Source: Candidatus Latescibacterota bacterium
GTDB taxonomy: Bacteria; Latescibacterota; UBA2968
Direction: 5' to 3'
NCBI GenBank assembly: GCA_965204375.1
Contig: OZ241986.1
Location: 736,001 to 800,000 of the forward strand
Length of the DNA stretch: 64,000 nucleotides
The position numbers were made by a program, and so were the translations under genes. The notes beneath the pieces were generated by a model. It was given only the letters and a program-made list of their open reading frames with translations. It did not search any database and was not told the origin of the DNA. This document shows positions 49,293 to 58,417 of the stretch, piece after piece; within the stretch, counting starts at the first letter, position 1; each line of letters begins with the position of its first letter.

Positions 49293-51023
49293 CCCGACTA
49301 ATTCATGAAAGTTTATGAATAGGCTATTTATGTCATCATTTCGATGTTGTAAGCCCTCTGTCCGTGATTTTCTGTTTTTGTCGCTCCCGATTGTATTTTT
49401 ACCGGGTCTGACAGGTCAATGTCATTGGTTGTGCGTGCCTGTGGTAGTCAAAAAGGCCACAGGTTCCCCCTTGCCCTTGCCTGCCGAGTCTTTGCCCAGC
49501 ACAAGGCGGTGTCTGTGTCTGTTGCGCCAGTGATGTTGTCTGCCTTCTGCTTGCCATCTCTGCCCTCCTGCGTTTTGGGTTAGGGAAACGCCTTTGCCAG
49601 ATTGTGCAGGATTTTATCATAGACGTGTTGCAAAGGAAAGGACACAGGCAGATGGAAGGTGATCCTTGTATTCAACTCACAGACGCGTCCTGCGACTTTG
49701 AGGAAGCGATTTTGAATGGTATTGACCTGCGCGTTTATCCACCTTGTGCCATTGAATCCTATTTGCGCCAATGTCTGTATCAAGACATAGGCGGCAGAAT
49801 GGAGAAAGAGGCGGAACTGATTGGCAGTAAAGCTGTGACAGGATGTGCGGTCAGAGTGGAGAAAGGTTTTGTGATTTTTAATGAAGTTTTCCATCTGTCC
49901 GCGCGCACAATAGACGCTTTGATAGATAAAGGACGCCATTGAACTTTTCAGGTTGGTCACGACAAAGCGTGTGTTTTGGCCTCGGTCACTGATTTCGACC
50001 TTGCATACGATGCGTTGTGCCTTGTTCCAACTCTTTGCCTGATAGGAAAACGAGGTAAAAAGACGCACGGCCTCCTTTGTATGTGCATAAAGCCTTTTGG
50101 CCTGCGCGATAAGGGGTTGTGCCGCCTCACAAAGCTTGGCATTGCTGGTCTGTCCTAAGATAAAATACAGGTCATCAGTCTCACAAAGGTGATGGACTTG
50201 CGGACAAGAAAAGTGGGCATCACCCCGCAAGATGATCGCCACATCAGGCCAAGCCTGACGCAGATAGGCCACCAAACGCTTGACTATGGCGACTATCTGT
50301 TGGCCGGTCGGACGGATACCGGGACGCAATATCGTAGTGATCAACTTACCGGTTTGTCCCTCATAAATATGCAAGGGCTGATAGGTGTAGGCATTGTAAT
50401 AGCCATTGAATAGGGACAACTGCTGGGTCCCATAAACCGTATCCTGTGTATCATCAATATCTAAGATGATCGCCTCGGGCGGCTTTTTATACGAAGCGAT
50501 AAAACAATCGAGGAAGGCACGGGCAATCCGATACAAGTCGCTTCGCCTGATCTGGTTCTCAAACCGGCTCATCGTGGGTTGACTGCCCAAGTCTTTACCT
50601 GAAAGCGGCAAGACACCACAGGCGGCCTTGATACCCGGATCGCTGCGTAAGGCATCACAATCATTGCCATCTTCATACCCACAGGCTATCTGGAACACCC
50701 GTTGCTTGACCAACTCTGCGACGGAGTGCCTCACATAACTCTTATGCCGACGATCCGTGATCGCAGCACTCATGCGTGTTAAAATGCCAGATTTTGCCTC
50801 TACTTCTCGAAGCAATAACGCGCCGCTATCGCTGGTGAGAATGCCCCCATCAAAGGCGAGGTCAAGCCGTTTGCCGAAAATGCTTGCCAAAGGAACCTTG
50901 CGATGTTTATCTTGTGACCCCATGGTAGTTTCCTCCAAGTCTATTGTACAATGGTTATGGTTCTAACCTATAATAATACAATGACTTGAATAAGGAAACT
51001 ACCTTTTTTATGAATTTTTCAGG
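49293..51023 (-). mobile_element. IS1380-family insertion sequence (1731 bp)
   Basis: Imperfect terminal IRs CCTGAAAAATTCATAAAA / CCCGACTAATTCATGAAA; 4-bp direct repeat CTAA at 49289-49292 and 51024-51027. Confidence 0.92.
49580..50938 (-). CDS. IS1380-family DDE transposase
   Basis: FDGGILTSDSG, GYEDGND, SQPTMSRFEN, LDIDDT, LRGDAHF, YCARGQMENFIK. Confidence 0.95.
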   Translation of the reverse strand: MEETTMGSQDKHRKVPLASIFGKRLDLAFDGGILTSDSGALLLREVEAKSGILTRMSAAITDRRHKSYVRHSVAELVKQRVFQIACGYEDGNDCDALRSDPGIKAACGVLPLSGKDLGSQPTMSRFENQIRRSDLYRIARAFLDCFIASYKKPPEAIILDIDDTQDTVYGTQQLSLFNGYYNAYTYQPLHIYEGQTGKLITTILRPGIRPTGQQIVAIVKRLVAYLRQAWPDVAIILRGDAHFSCPQVHHLCETDDLYFILGQTSNAKLCEAAQPLIAQAKRLYAHTKEAVRLFTSFSYQAKSWNKAQRIVCKVEISDRGQNTRFVVTNLKSSMASFIYQSVYCARGQMENFIKNHKTFLHSDRTSCHSFTANQFRLFLHSAAYVLIQTLAQIGFNGTRWINAQVNTIQNRFLKVAGRVCELNTRITFHLPVSFPLQHVYDKILHNLAKAFP

Positions 51024-51199
51024 CTAAATCTGCATAGCCATATCCCCGCGCAAAAATGACCTCATTGTGGCGCATAACACCCACTGATGCTCCCACCAAT
51101 TGGTTCTCATTTATCGCGTTTTCTATAATTGCATCAATCTGATCTTGAATGGTTGCGTCTGGCATGAATTCTCCATTTGGATACTGGACTGCTGTCATT

Positions 51200-52324
51200 C
51201 TATTCGCCATTCTTGGTCTCGCTGACCGCAGGCAATACGTGACCAATCGCGATCCGGAACGCCTGATTGGCCACAGACGAACCGTAGTTGCCACCTGTGA
51301 AGACGATGACCAGAGACAACTCTGGGATGGCGAAGATGTACTGACCGCCATTTCCTTCGGCCGCAAGAACATCAACTGATCGCCCGCGGTATGGAAAATG
51401 ATCGAGCCACCAGCCAAACCCGTATCGATTGTTGCCGTAATGCCCCTTTGCCGATTCGCTGATCCAGGTTGCCGATACAATCTGCCTGCCCTGAAAACGA
51501 CCGTTATCCACATAGAGTTGGCCGATCCTGGCCATATCGCGCGGCCTGAGTCGCAAGCCAGCATGCGTTTGGGGCAAGCCACTTTTGGTGTACCACCATT
51601 CAGAATGATCTATTCCGAGCGGAGCAAAGAGGTGGCTATCTGCGAATTTGTCCACATGCATACCCGATACCCGCTTGATTACGCCAGCGAGCAAGATGAA
51701 ACAGCCACTGTTGTAGTTGAATCGTGAACCAGGTTCGTCCGACAGTTCTCTGGAAAGCACATACGCTATGAAGTCGCTGGCGTTCTCCATTTGCGCTTCG
51801 GAATTGAGGGAACCCGGCTCGGAGTTATGTGCGCCAGATTGATCCCAGTTGAATCCGGCGGTCATCGTCAGTAGATGCTTCAGGGTGATTCGCCCTTTCT
51901 CTTCCGTCAGGTGGTGGGCATACTCCGGAAAAAAACGAGCCATAGGCACATCCACAGAGTCGATATACCCACGATCAATGGCGATGCCGATTAATATGGA
52001 CGTGATGCTCTTGGAAACGGACCGCGTATCGTGCAGGATTTGCTCGTCGAACTCGACCACGCCTTTCGCACCATCCGTGCCGGTGTAATACGCTTCGAAT
52101 ACCAGCTTGCCATTTCTGACGATCAGAAAGCTATGGATGTTCTTGTACGCCTGGCTGCGTATCTGATGCGCAACCTGGACAATCGGTTCTGGATCGATCC
52201 CCTCAGACTCAAGTGTTGATAAGGGCCAGCCAAGGGGCAGGGTAGATTCTCCGGTTTCTTGTGCCATTGCGACGCAGGGAAGGCAAACGAACCACAGGAA
52301 TAGGGCTATAGCTGGTTTCAACAT
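51200..52324 (-). CDS. Secreted serine hydrolase (beta-lactamase-related family)
   Basis: Signal peptide; RSVSKS (SxxK), HLLTMTAG, FNYNS, GNGGQ. Confidence 0.88.
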   Translation of the reverse strand: MLKPAIALFLWFVCLPCVAMAQETGESTLPLGWPLSTLESEGIDPEPIVQVAHQIRSQAYKNIHSFLIVRNGKLVFEAYYTGTDGAKGVVEFDEQILHDTRSVSKSITSILIGIAIDRGYIDSVDVPMARFFPEYAHHLTEEKGRITLKHLLTMTAGFNWDQSGAHNSEPGSLNSEAQMENASDFIAYVLSRELSDEPGSRFNYNSGCFILLAGVIKRVSGMHVDKFADSHLFAPLGIDHSEWWYTKSGLPQTHAGLRLRPRDMARIGQLYVDNGRFQGRQIVSATWISESAKGHYGNNRYGFGWWLDHFPYRGRSVDVLAAEGNGGQYIFAIPELSLVIVFTGGNYGSSVANQAFRIAIGHVLPAVSETKNGE

Positions 52325-52336
52325 GTGGAATCTCTA

Positions 52337-52975
52337 CTATATATTTTCGACTCGAAAACCACTAACGAATTCGCGAATCACCCAAAGATGTTGATCTGGT
52401 TTATAAAGCGTTTGAATGTATCCTGTATCCCCAAATGAAAATTCAATCCCCTGGCCACTGACCGATGGCTGTGCACCGACTATGCATCGCAACGCGGCAT
52501 TTAAAATACCTCCGTGTGCGACCACCAGATAGCGCCCTTTTCCCAGTCTGATCACTTTCTCCAGCGCCTGTGCGGCTCGACTGTGAAAGGCCCAGGCACT
52601 TTCTCCTGCATCTGCACTTACAACATGGGGTTGAAAGGGATTGTGAAAAGCCGGTAACGGATACCTGGCTCTGGCGACCTGATGTGGTAAACCTGCAATC
52701 GGACCATTATCCTTTTCCATCCAGTCTTCATCGAACTCGACACCTATCCCCAGGATGTTACCTACAATTTGGGCTGTCTCGCGGGCACGCTTTAATGGGC
52801 TTGCAATAAGCCTGTCAAATTTAATCTCTCTCGCCTTCAGTTCCTTTGCTCGGACTTCAGCTTGTTCACGACCCACGTCTGTAAGAGGTGCATCATATCG
52901 GCCCTCAATGACATTCTCATCATCTGCGCGAGAGCGTCCGTGACGCATGAACATAATTTTGATATCACTATTCAT
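52337..52975 (-). CDS. Histidine phosphatase (phosphoglycerate mutase) family protein
   Basis: RHG, SPLKRARETA, VAHGG. Confidence 0.9.
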   Translation of the reverse strand: MNSDIKIMFMRHGRSRADDENVIEGRYDAPLTDVGREQAEVRAKELKAREIKFDRLIASPLKRARETAQIVGNILGIGVEFDEDWMEKDNGPIAGLPHQVARARYPLPAFHNPFQPHVVSADAGESAWAFHSRAAQALEKVIRLGKGRYLVVAHGGILNAALRCIVGAQPSVSGQGIEFSFGDTGYIQTLYKPDQHLWVIREFVSGFRVENI

Positions 52976-53054
52976 AAAATAACTCCATCATCAATCGTCA
53001 CATACTCGTACGTTTAGGCAGGCACTGCTTCCTCTTTCGTTCTTCAGAATAGTG

Positions 53055-53651
53055 CTACCGTGCAGTGAAAACTTGCACATCTTTTATCTGATCAAAATGC
53101 AACTTCCAGAACGTAGCTTGAATTTGCTTTTTAGCGTAGGGTTCTGAAATCTCTTCATCAACCCAATCAAGGTCAAATATGCGATTCCAACTATCTTCTA
53201 TGCGTTGATGATATGCACGAACTGGTATAGGCTTCATCTTGAAAAAAGACAGATTGTGCTCAGATAACTCGGCCTCAAAGGCATCCCCTTCGGCTATGGT
53301 TCGAGGCAGATACCAGTAATTGAGGACATAATGCCATAGGTCAAAATCGGATAACAAAACTCCTGTGGCTGATTGTTCGAATTCGATCCTTACACCGCGT
53401 TGGCCTTTGGGTAAATGACCACTGCTGCGTAAATCGGGTTTACGTCTTTTAACACCATCCCATTGATACCAGGCCCATAGAGGTAAAGATATAGTCTCAG
53501 ATTCAGATACTATGCGGCGCTGCATTTGCTTTGCCATCCATCTGTAAGCGTCGAGAAATAGGTCCTCTGAATATCTCTGATCGGCGAAGAGCACTTGTTC
53601 CCGCTGCAAGATCTTCCAGGCAGCTATAGATTGAATCGTCCAAAGCGTCAT
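53055..53651 (-). CDS. DUF3841 family protein
   Basis: LWTIQ, AYRWM, PLWAW, KPDLR, LLSDFDLWHYVLN, IQATFW. Confidence 0.8.
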   Translation of the reverse strand: MTLWTIQSIAAWKILQREQVLFADQRYSEDLFLDAYRWMAKQMQRRIVSESETISLPLWAWYQWDGVKRRKPDLRSSGHLPKGQRGVRIEFEQSATGVLLSDFDLWHYVLNYWYLPRTIAEGDAFEAELSEHNLSFFKMKPIPVRAYHQRIEDSWNRIFDLDWVDEEISEPYAKKQIQATFWKLHFDQIKDVQVFTAR

Positions 53652-53812
53652 AATTTTTGGAATGGTAGATGGGTTTTTAGAGGTTCGTTCTTGCTATAGA
53701 GTTTATCTTTTCTCTAAAGATACCATTAATATACCGTTGGGATTAACTCTGCGAGTGATGTTGATCGTTTTGACGTATCATGAAGTGCAACGACTGCGTA
53801 GTTACGGCCCAT

Positions 53813-54475
53813 CTACGAGCTATCTCTTTTGACGGCGAAGAAAAAGGGGTGAACTTCCTCCGGTGCATTAACATTTTTGGATCCTCCTCCTACGATACCT
53901 TCCTGTTCGATATGAAACCCATTCTCAGCAAGAAACTTTTTGTAGGTCGAGGGACCAAAGTTGCTCCAGTACATGGTCCCGCCGAAAAAGTCATCTTCTG
54001 TATATCCAGGTCCATCGTCGTACCTTGCAACCGTAAACAGAAGGAGGCCGCCGGGCCGAAGCCACTGTGCAAATCTACGAAAGAGTTCCTGATGCTCTTG
54101 TCTCGGGATATGGAAAATGGCGTAAAAGCTGACGATTGCATCGAATCTGCCTGCGGGGAATTCAGTCTCCATTACGTCGGCGATGACGAATTTGGCTTTG
54201 GGAACGTTTTTCTTAGCTAAAGCTATCATATTGGAGGAGATGTCGATTCCAGTGAGGCTGAACATCCCTGCAAGGTGTCGTGCGACCGGAATACCAGCAC
54301 CGCATCCAACGTCAAGGACCTTTGAGTCAGGTGCCAGATGTTCAGTTATCAAGTTGAGTTCTGGTTCAGGCGTGGTACGTCTTTGCCCCGCGTAATCCCT
54401 CGCACACCGGTTATAGGCGGTTCTTACCAGTTCCCGATAATCGGTCTCCGGATCGTCAGCAATCTTGAATGGCAT
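53813..54475 (-). CDS. Class I SAM-dependent methyltransferase
   Basis: VLDVGCGAG, FYAIFHIPR, WLRPGG; start ATG 54475 after AAGGAG. Confidence 0.9.
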   Translation of the reverse strand: MPFKIADDPETDYRELVRTAYNRCARDYAGQRRTTPEPELNLITEHLAPDSKVLDVGCGAGIPVARHLAGMFSLTGIDISSNMIALAKKNVPKAKFVIADVMETEFPAGRFDAIVSFYAIFHIPRQEHQELFRRFAQWLRPGGLLLFTVARYDDGPGYTEDDFFGGTMYWSNFGPSTYKKFLAENGFHIEQEGIVGGGSKNVNAPEEVHPFFFAVKRDSS

Positions 54476-54491
54476 GGGTCTCCTTTCTAAT

Positions 54492-55427
54492 CTAATCATA
54501 GCCCACGAGTTGAGTAAGTTTTTTTCTATTTGCTTCAAAATTCTTTTTATTAACATTCACGTATGTTGCCCCAAATAATCCACACACTTCAAACCATAGC
54601 AACTCCGCAACATCCCTTCCAAACGCCTGACAAAACATGGTCTTAAGTTCCGGTTTTTGGTGTAACCAACCTACGCACAGAATGTCACCGAGTGGGTCAT
54701 TTTTCAAACAGGCAAATTCCCAATCTATGGCAGCATATATAACACCATTTTCATGAAGAAAATTCTGTGGATTCGGATCCCCGTGACAAAAAGTTAGAGG
54801 ACGAGCATTTGGACGCCGCTCACTCAGCCAGGAGAGCGAATATTGCACCAATGGATCATTTCTAAATGTGCGAGAGTTCTCATCTAACCAGGCAAGATCG
54901 CTACACATTGTGCGGACAGGGAGAATAGATTCGAGACTACCGGCTTCCCTGTAGTCGATAGTAGAAATATATGCAATCAACTCTGCCAGTTGCGAAACCA
55001 ATTGATCGCTATAGGAAGGATCGAAGGTCCACCTTAGATGCTTGCCGGGTAGGCACTCCATCAGAAAACTGGGGACACCAAAAGTTTCTCCGTGATCAAA
55101 TCCCCAAACTTGAGGCGTGCGAAGCTTTAGATTTAGTTTATGTAGTTCCTGCAAAATCAGGTATTCACGGTAAAGATCATACAGATCATAGCTTTTTCGC
55201 CATTGAGGGATATGTTCGGGTTCACATCGTAGAACGAAATCAACATTTCCCTCATCAGTTTTTGCATAGATATAGTAATTGTGATTCTCTATGCCTCCTA
55301 CCGTAGGTTGGGGCGGCCATCTGAGGCCTATGATTTCTTTGCCAAGTGCAATAGACAAATATTCAATGAGGTTTGATTGGTTTTCCTCAAATGTTGGATT
55401 CAGAAATTTCAAATGATTATTCCTCAA
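54492..55427 (-). CDS. APH-family phosphotransferase
   Basis: FVLR, FLMECLPG, CHGDPNPQN, IDWE. Confidence 0.82.
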   Translation of the reverse strand: MRNNHLKFLNPTFEENQSNLIEYLSIALGKEIIGLRWPPQPTVGGIENHNYYIYAKTDEGNVDFVLRCEPEHIPQWRKSYDLYDLYREYLILQELHKLNLKLRTPQVWGFDHGETFGVPSFLMECLPGKHLRWTFDPSYSDQLVSQLAELIAYISTIDYREAGSLESILPVRTMCSDLAWLDENSRTFRNDPLVQYSLSWLSERRPNARPLTFCHGDPNPQNFLHENGVIYAAIDWEFACLKNDPLGDILCVGWLHQKPELKTMFCQAFGRDVAELLWFEVCGLFGATYVNVNKKNFEANRKKLTQLVGYD

Positions 55428-55523
55428 ATTTATTCATATGGAGAGGGCAATGGCTGGATTTACTTTGCATATGGTAGGAGGAGAAGCATTTCGGTTTTGC
55501 GATGACAAGCGTGAGTAATATCA

Positions 55524-56432
55524 CTATCCGGTTCCGACGAGAACAAGTCCTGTGAAGATGACGGCGACTCCAAGGTATTTGGGTGTGTAGCCGGGTTCTT
55601 TGAGAAGGAGGATACCGAAAACAGTGCCCAGGGGAATGCTGATCTGGCGAAAAGTAACGACATAGCTGACGTTTGAGACAAAAGCCAGGCTGATCAGGAC
55701 CAGAGTATAAGCAGCGGCCATGCCAGCACCTGCCAGCAGGGCGCGGGGTGCTCGCGTTTTCAGGATTTCCCGCATCAGGATGCGACCCCGTTTTTGAAAT
55801 AGAACCCAAACGCCCAGCCAGACAGAAGTAATGAGGCCTTCGAAAAAGGCGTAGAGAATCGTAGCCTGCCAGCCTGCAATGGGGAGGGCGGGAGAATCTC
55901 TGAGGAGACGCAAAGCCTCGTCGTCGATGATCGAATAACCGGCTGTGGCAAAGGTAGCCATCAAGGCAAACAATACCGATGAATTCAGGTAGTTGTCAAT
56001 ATGGAAATCACTCAGATGCTTCATGGGCAGGATAAACATTCCAACGGCAACCAAGGCAATGCCCCAAATGCACTGTGCGCTGACCTGGTCGGCACGGTCA
56101 AAAAAGAGCGTCACGATAATGACCACGATGACCGGGGATGACCTCGCGATGGGGTAGAGGATGGACAGGTCGCCTCTCTGGTAGGCGTTGGCCAATCCGA
56201 GGATGTAGATGGTCTGAAAAATACCTGTTGTGACAAGCAAGAGCCATACGGAGGTGGGGAATGTTGGAATTGCCGAACCGAACAGGATGAGTGCGGGAAC
56301 CAGGCACAGAGTTCCCAGTGTGTTGACCAGGAGGAAGAAGGCAGAGGACGGATGTTCTCGTTTACACAACAGGTTCCAGCCCACGTGCGTGAAGGCGGAG
56401 ATGAGGATGAGGATGACAGCGGTAAGGGTCAA
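55524..56432 (-). CDS. EamA/DMT family transporter
   Basis: About 10 TM helices; HVGWN, AYQRGDLSILYPIAR, RQISI. Confidence 0.88.
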   Translation of the reverse strand: MTLTAVILILISAFTHVGWNLLCKREHPSSAFFLLVNTLGTLCLVPALILFGSAIPTFPTSVWLLLVTTGIFQTIYILGLANAYQRGDLSILYPIARSSPVIVVIIVTLFFDRADQVSAQCIWGIALVAVGMFILPMKHLSDFHIDNYLNSSVLFALMATFATAGYSIIDDEALRLLRDSPALPIAGWQATILYAFFEGLITSVWLGVWVLFQKRGRILMREILKTRAPRALLAGAGMAAAYTLVLISLAFVSNVSYVVTFRQISIPLGTVFGILLLKEPGYTPKYLGVAVIFTGLVLVGTG

Positions 56433-56509
56433 GGGGACGTTTTTCGAATTATGGAATCAGGGGGTATCTTACTACTAAAAAAACGGGTCGAGTCCATATG
56501 ATAGCCGTA

Positions 56510-56812
56510 CTACACTTTATTACGCGCTGCTAACCATCGCTTTAGCGAACGTTGGCTCTCTCCCGAAGGTCGGCCAGCCCACACATTTTCGACGCTAATA
56601 TCCTCATCTAAGTCAGGCCAATGGATGCCTTCACCTCGACCTATGAGTCGCCAATTATTGCGCTCTTGAGGAGTGCCATGCAATAGGCGAGGATACCATT
56701 CCAAAGGGACGCTTATGCTTCGCCCATCAACTAAGTCTATCATTAGTGACTCTTCGTCGATAGAGATACGCTCCGCAAGCGTAGGCTGAATTTCAATCGT
56801 TGAAATACTCAT
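56510..56812 (-). CDS. DUF2442 family protein (TA partner)
   Basis: LVDGRSISVPLEWYPRL, GIHWPDLDEDISV. Confidence 0.88.
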   Translation of the reverse strand: MSISTIEIQPTLAERISIDEESLMIDLVDGRSISVPLEWYPRLLHGTPQERNNWRLIGRGEGIHWPDLDEDISVENVWAGRPSGESQRSLKRWLAARNKV

Positions 56813-57029
56813 TCCAGAACTCCACGATATCGTCTTGTTTTTCCTCAATAATTTTTCTGATACGCCTCAAATCTGTGCTGCGAAAACCACTACTTCTCTG
56901 TAATCGGATAGGTTCTATCCAAAATTTTGCGATAGAATCATCTCTTTCCACATGAACATGAATCGGTTCATCCCGGTCACCTGCATAAAAGAAAAATCGG
57001 TAGGGACCATTTGAAAAAACAGTTGGCAT
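56793..57029 (-). CDS. DUF4160 family protein (TA partner)
   Basis: MPTV, YRFFFY, EPIHVHV, AKFWI. Confidence 0.9.
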   Translation of the reverse strand: MPTVFSNGPYRFFFYAGDRDEPIHVHVERDDSIAKFWIEPIRLQRSSGFRSTDLRRIRKIIEEKQDDIVEFWNEYFND

Positions 57030-57038
57030 GTACGTATA

Positions 57039-57100
57039 TCATTGTTTTACAATGAAATGGAATCAAATAACAATTTTCACTGAAATATGAAAATTGTCAA
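57039..57100 (-). promoter_or_regulatory. Promoter/operator of the DUF4160-DUF2442 pair
   Basis: TTGACA at 57100-57095; perfect IR ACAATTTTCA-N8-TGAAAATTGT (57070-57097); second IR TCATTGT-N3-ACAATGA (57039-57055). Confidence 0.6.
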
Positions 57101-57148
57101 GGGAAATGTATTCAAAGGGCTGAACGACCAAAGGAAGTAAAGGATTAT

Positions 57149-58414
57149 TCAGACCTCCGCCAACTCGAATTCACTCTCAAACGCAGTCAGGGATGCCTGC
57201 ATTTCACTTGTCAGTGCCCTTGAGTCGGACGATTCCGCCAGGTTCCTGGTTTCCCATGGATCCGCTTCCATATCAAAGAGCTGGATTACTGGATCACCCT
57301 CATAGGTAATGAGCTTATGTGTGTTGGTGCGGAGCATTTTACCGCCTCCGGTGGCGTGTGCAACCACAAAATCCCGCCAAGCTGGATTTTTACCCTCAGC
57401 AATCGCACGCAGGCTGTATCCGCGCATCATAGGGGGCGGCGAGATCCCGGCATAGTCACAAACTGTCGGAAAAACATCCACGCCCGATACGAGATGCTCC
57501 TGGTCAATTACCTGTTCCGCGATGTGACCGGGCCAACTCATGATAAAGGGCACTCGTGCGGCTTCATCGTATAGAAAGCTCTTAAATACCATTTTGTGCC
57601 GAAGATGCCCGTCCCCATGGTCGGACGTAAGGATCACGACCGTATTGTCCTTAAATACTGAGTTCTCGAGCGCGTCCAGGATCAAGCCGATCTGTCCATC
57701 CACCTTTTCAATGTACCGGTAGTAGGTCCAGATATAGTATCGGAAGAGTTCCTCTTCCCACTTTTCCATACCAGATTCTTCGCCTCGGTCTGCCAGTTTC
57801 TGATTCCGGGAGTTCCTGACTTTTTCCGGTTCCGCCATGTCTATCTCAAAATTGGGCGGCAGTGGAGGAAGGTCGTCAATTTCGGGGAACGGCATCTCCC
57901 CGTCGTGCATCGTATGCGTCAGTACGAAGGAGCAGATATCGTGTGGATTCAAGAGTCCGACTGACAGGAAGAAGGGTTCTTTATTCTGGTAGTTCTGGAG
58001 AAAACCGATCGCACTGCGGGTCGAAGCAATGTCTCCGGTCTCAGCCGTATTCCGCGGATCGGGGCAGATATGGTGAAAACTCTGCGCGACATCTCTGCCG
58101 GGAATATGCCATTTCCCGCTGTAGTAGGCGTTGTAACCATTTTTGTTCAGCCATTGTCCCAAGTCTGGCATGGACGGAACCATGTTGGCACCATTGGCCA
58201 CGACTCCGTTTTCGGGTGTATGGCGCCCAGTAAACCAGCTCGCACGCGCCGGACAGCAGACTGGATTGGCACTATAGGATTTTGTAAAGCTGATTCCCTT
58301 TGCTGCAAGTCGGTCCATACCGGGTGTCTTCACGTCACTGCACCCCAGATGCCCAAGGGCTTCCGCGCTATGCTGGTCGGTCGTAATCAGAAGAATATTC
58401 GGTCTCTGTTCCAT
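57149..58414 (-). CDS. Sulfatase (Cys-type)
   Basis: PNILLITTDQH, CCPARASWFTGR, GKWH, SDHG. Confidence 0.92.
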   Translation of the reverse strand: MEQRPNILLITTDQHSAEALGHLGCSDVKTPGMDRLAAKGISFTKSYSANPVCCPARASWFTGRHTPENGVVANGANMVPSMPDLGQWLNKNGYNAYYSGKWHIPGRDVAQSFHHICPDPRNTAETGDIASTRSAIGFLQNYQNKEPFFLSVGLLNPHDICSFVLTHTMHDGEMPFPEIDDLPPLPPNFEIDMAEPEKVRNSRNQKLADRGEESGMEKWEEELFRYYIWTYYRYIEKVDGQIGLILDALENSVFKDNTVVILTSDHGDGHLRHKMVFKSFLYDEAARVPFIMSWPGHIAEQVIDQEHLVSGVDVFPTVCDYAGISPPPMMRGYSLRAIAEGKNPAWRDFVVAHATGGGKMLRTNTHKLITYEGDPVIQLFDMEADPWETRNLAESSDSRALTSEMQASLTAFESEFELAEV

Positions 58415-58417
58415 CGC

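Larger units (their letters stand above)
48117..51165 (-). pseudogene. Serine hydrolase (beta-lactamase / AmpC-like family) split by IS1380
   Basis: 5' part 51165-51024 (MPDATIQ...GYGYADL) joins in frame to the 3' part from 49288 (DNKVEATEHTVYRIGSITK...LLNHTSG...YNN...HGG). Confidence 0.9.

Noticed and set aside
51019-51582. 187-aa ORF as a real gene
   Set aside because: Only its last 48 codons are real (5' part of the IS-split hydrolase); the rest overlaps the upstream gene in another frame.
55428-55523. Riboswitch or sRNA in the longer spacers (also 53652-53812)
   Set aside because: No recognisable conserved motif by eye; an Rfam/Infernal scan would be needed.
19872-57148. Canonical integron or CALIN with attC sites; isolated RYYTAAC or GTTAG motifs in spacers near 20870, 30945, 37850 and 42675
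   Set aside because: No spacer shows a paired RYYYAAC...GTTRRRY with an internal palindrome, most spacers are too short, and no integrase is in the window.
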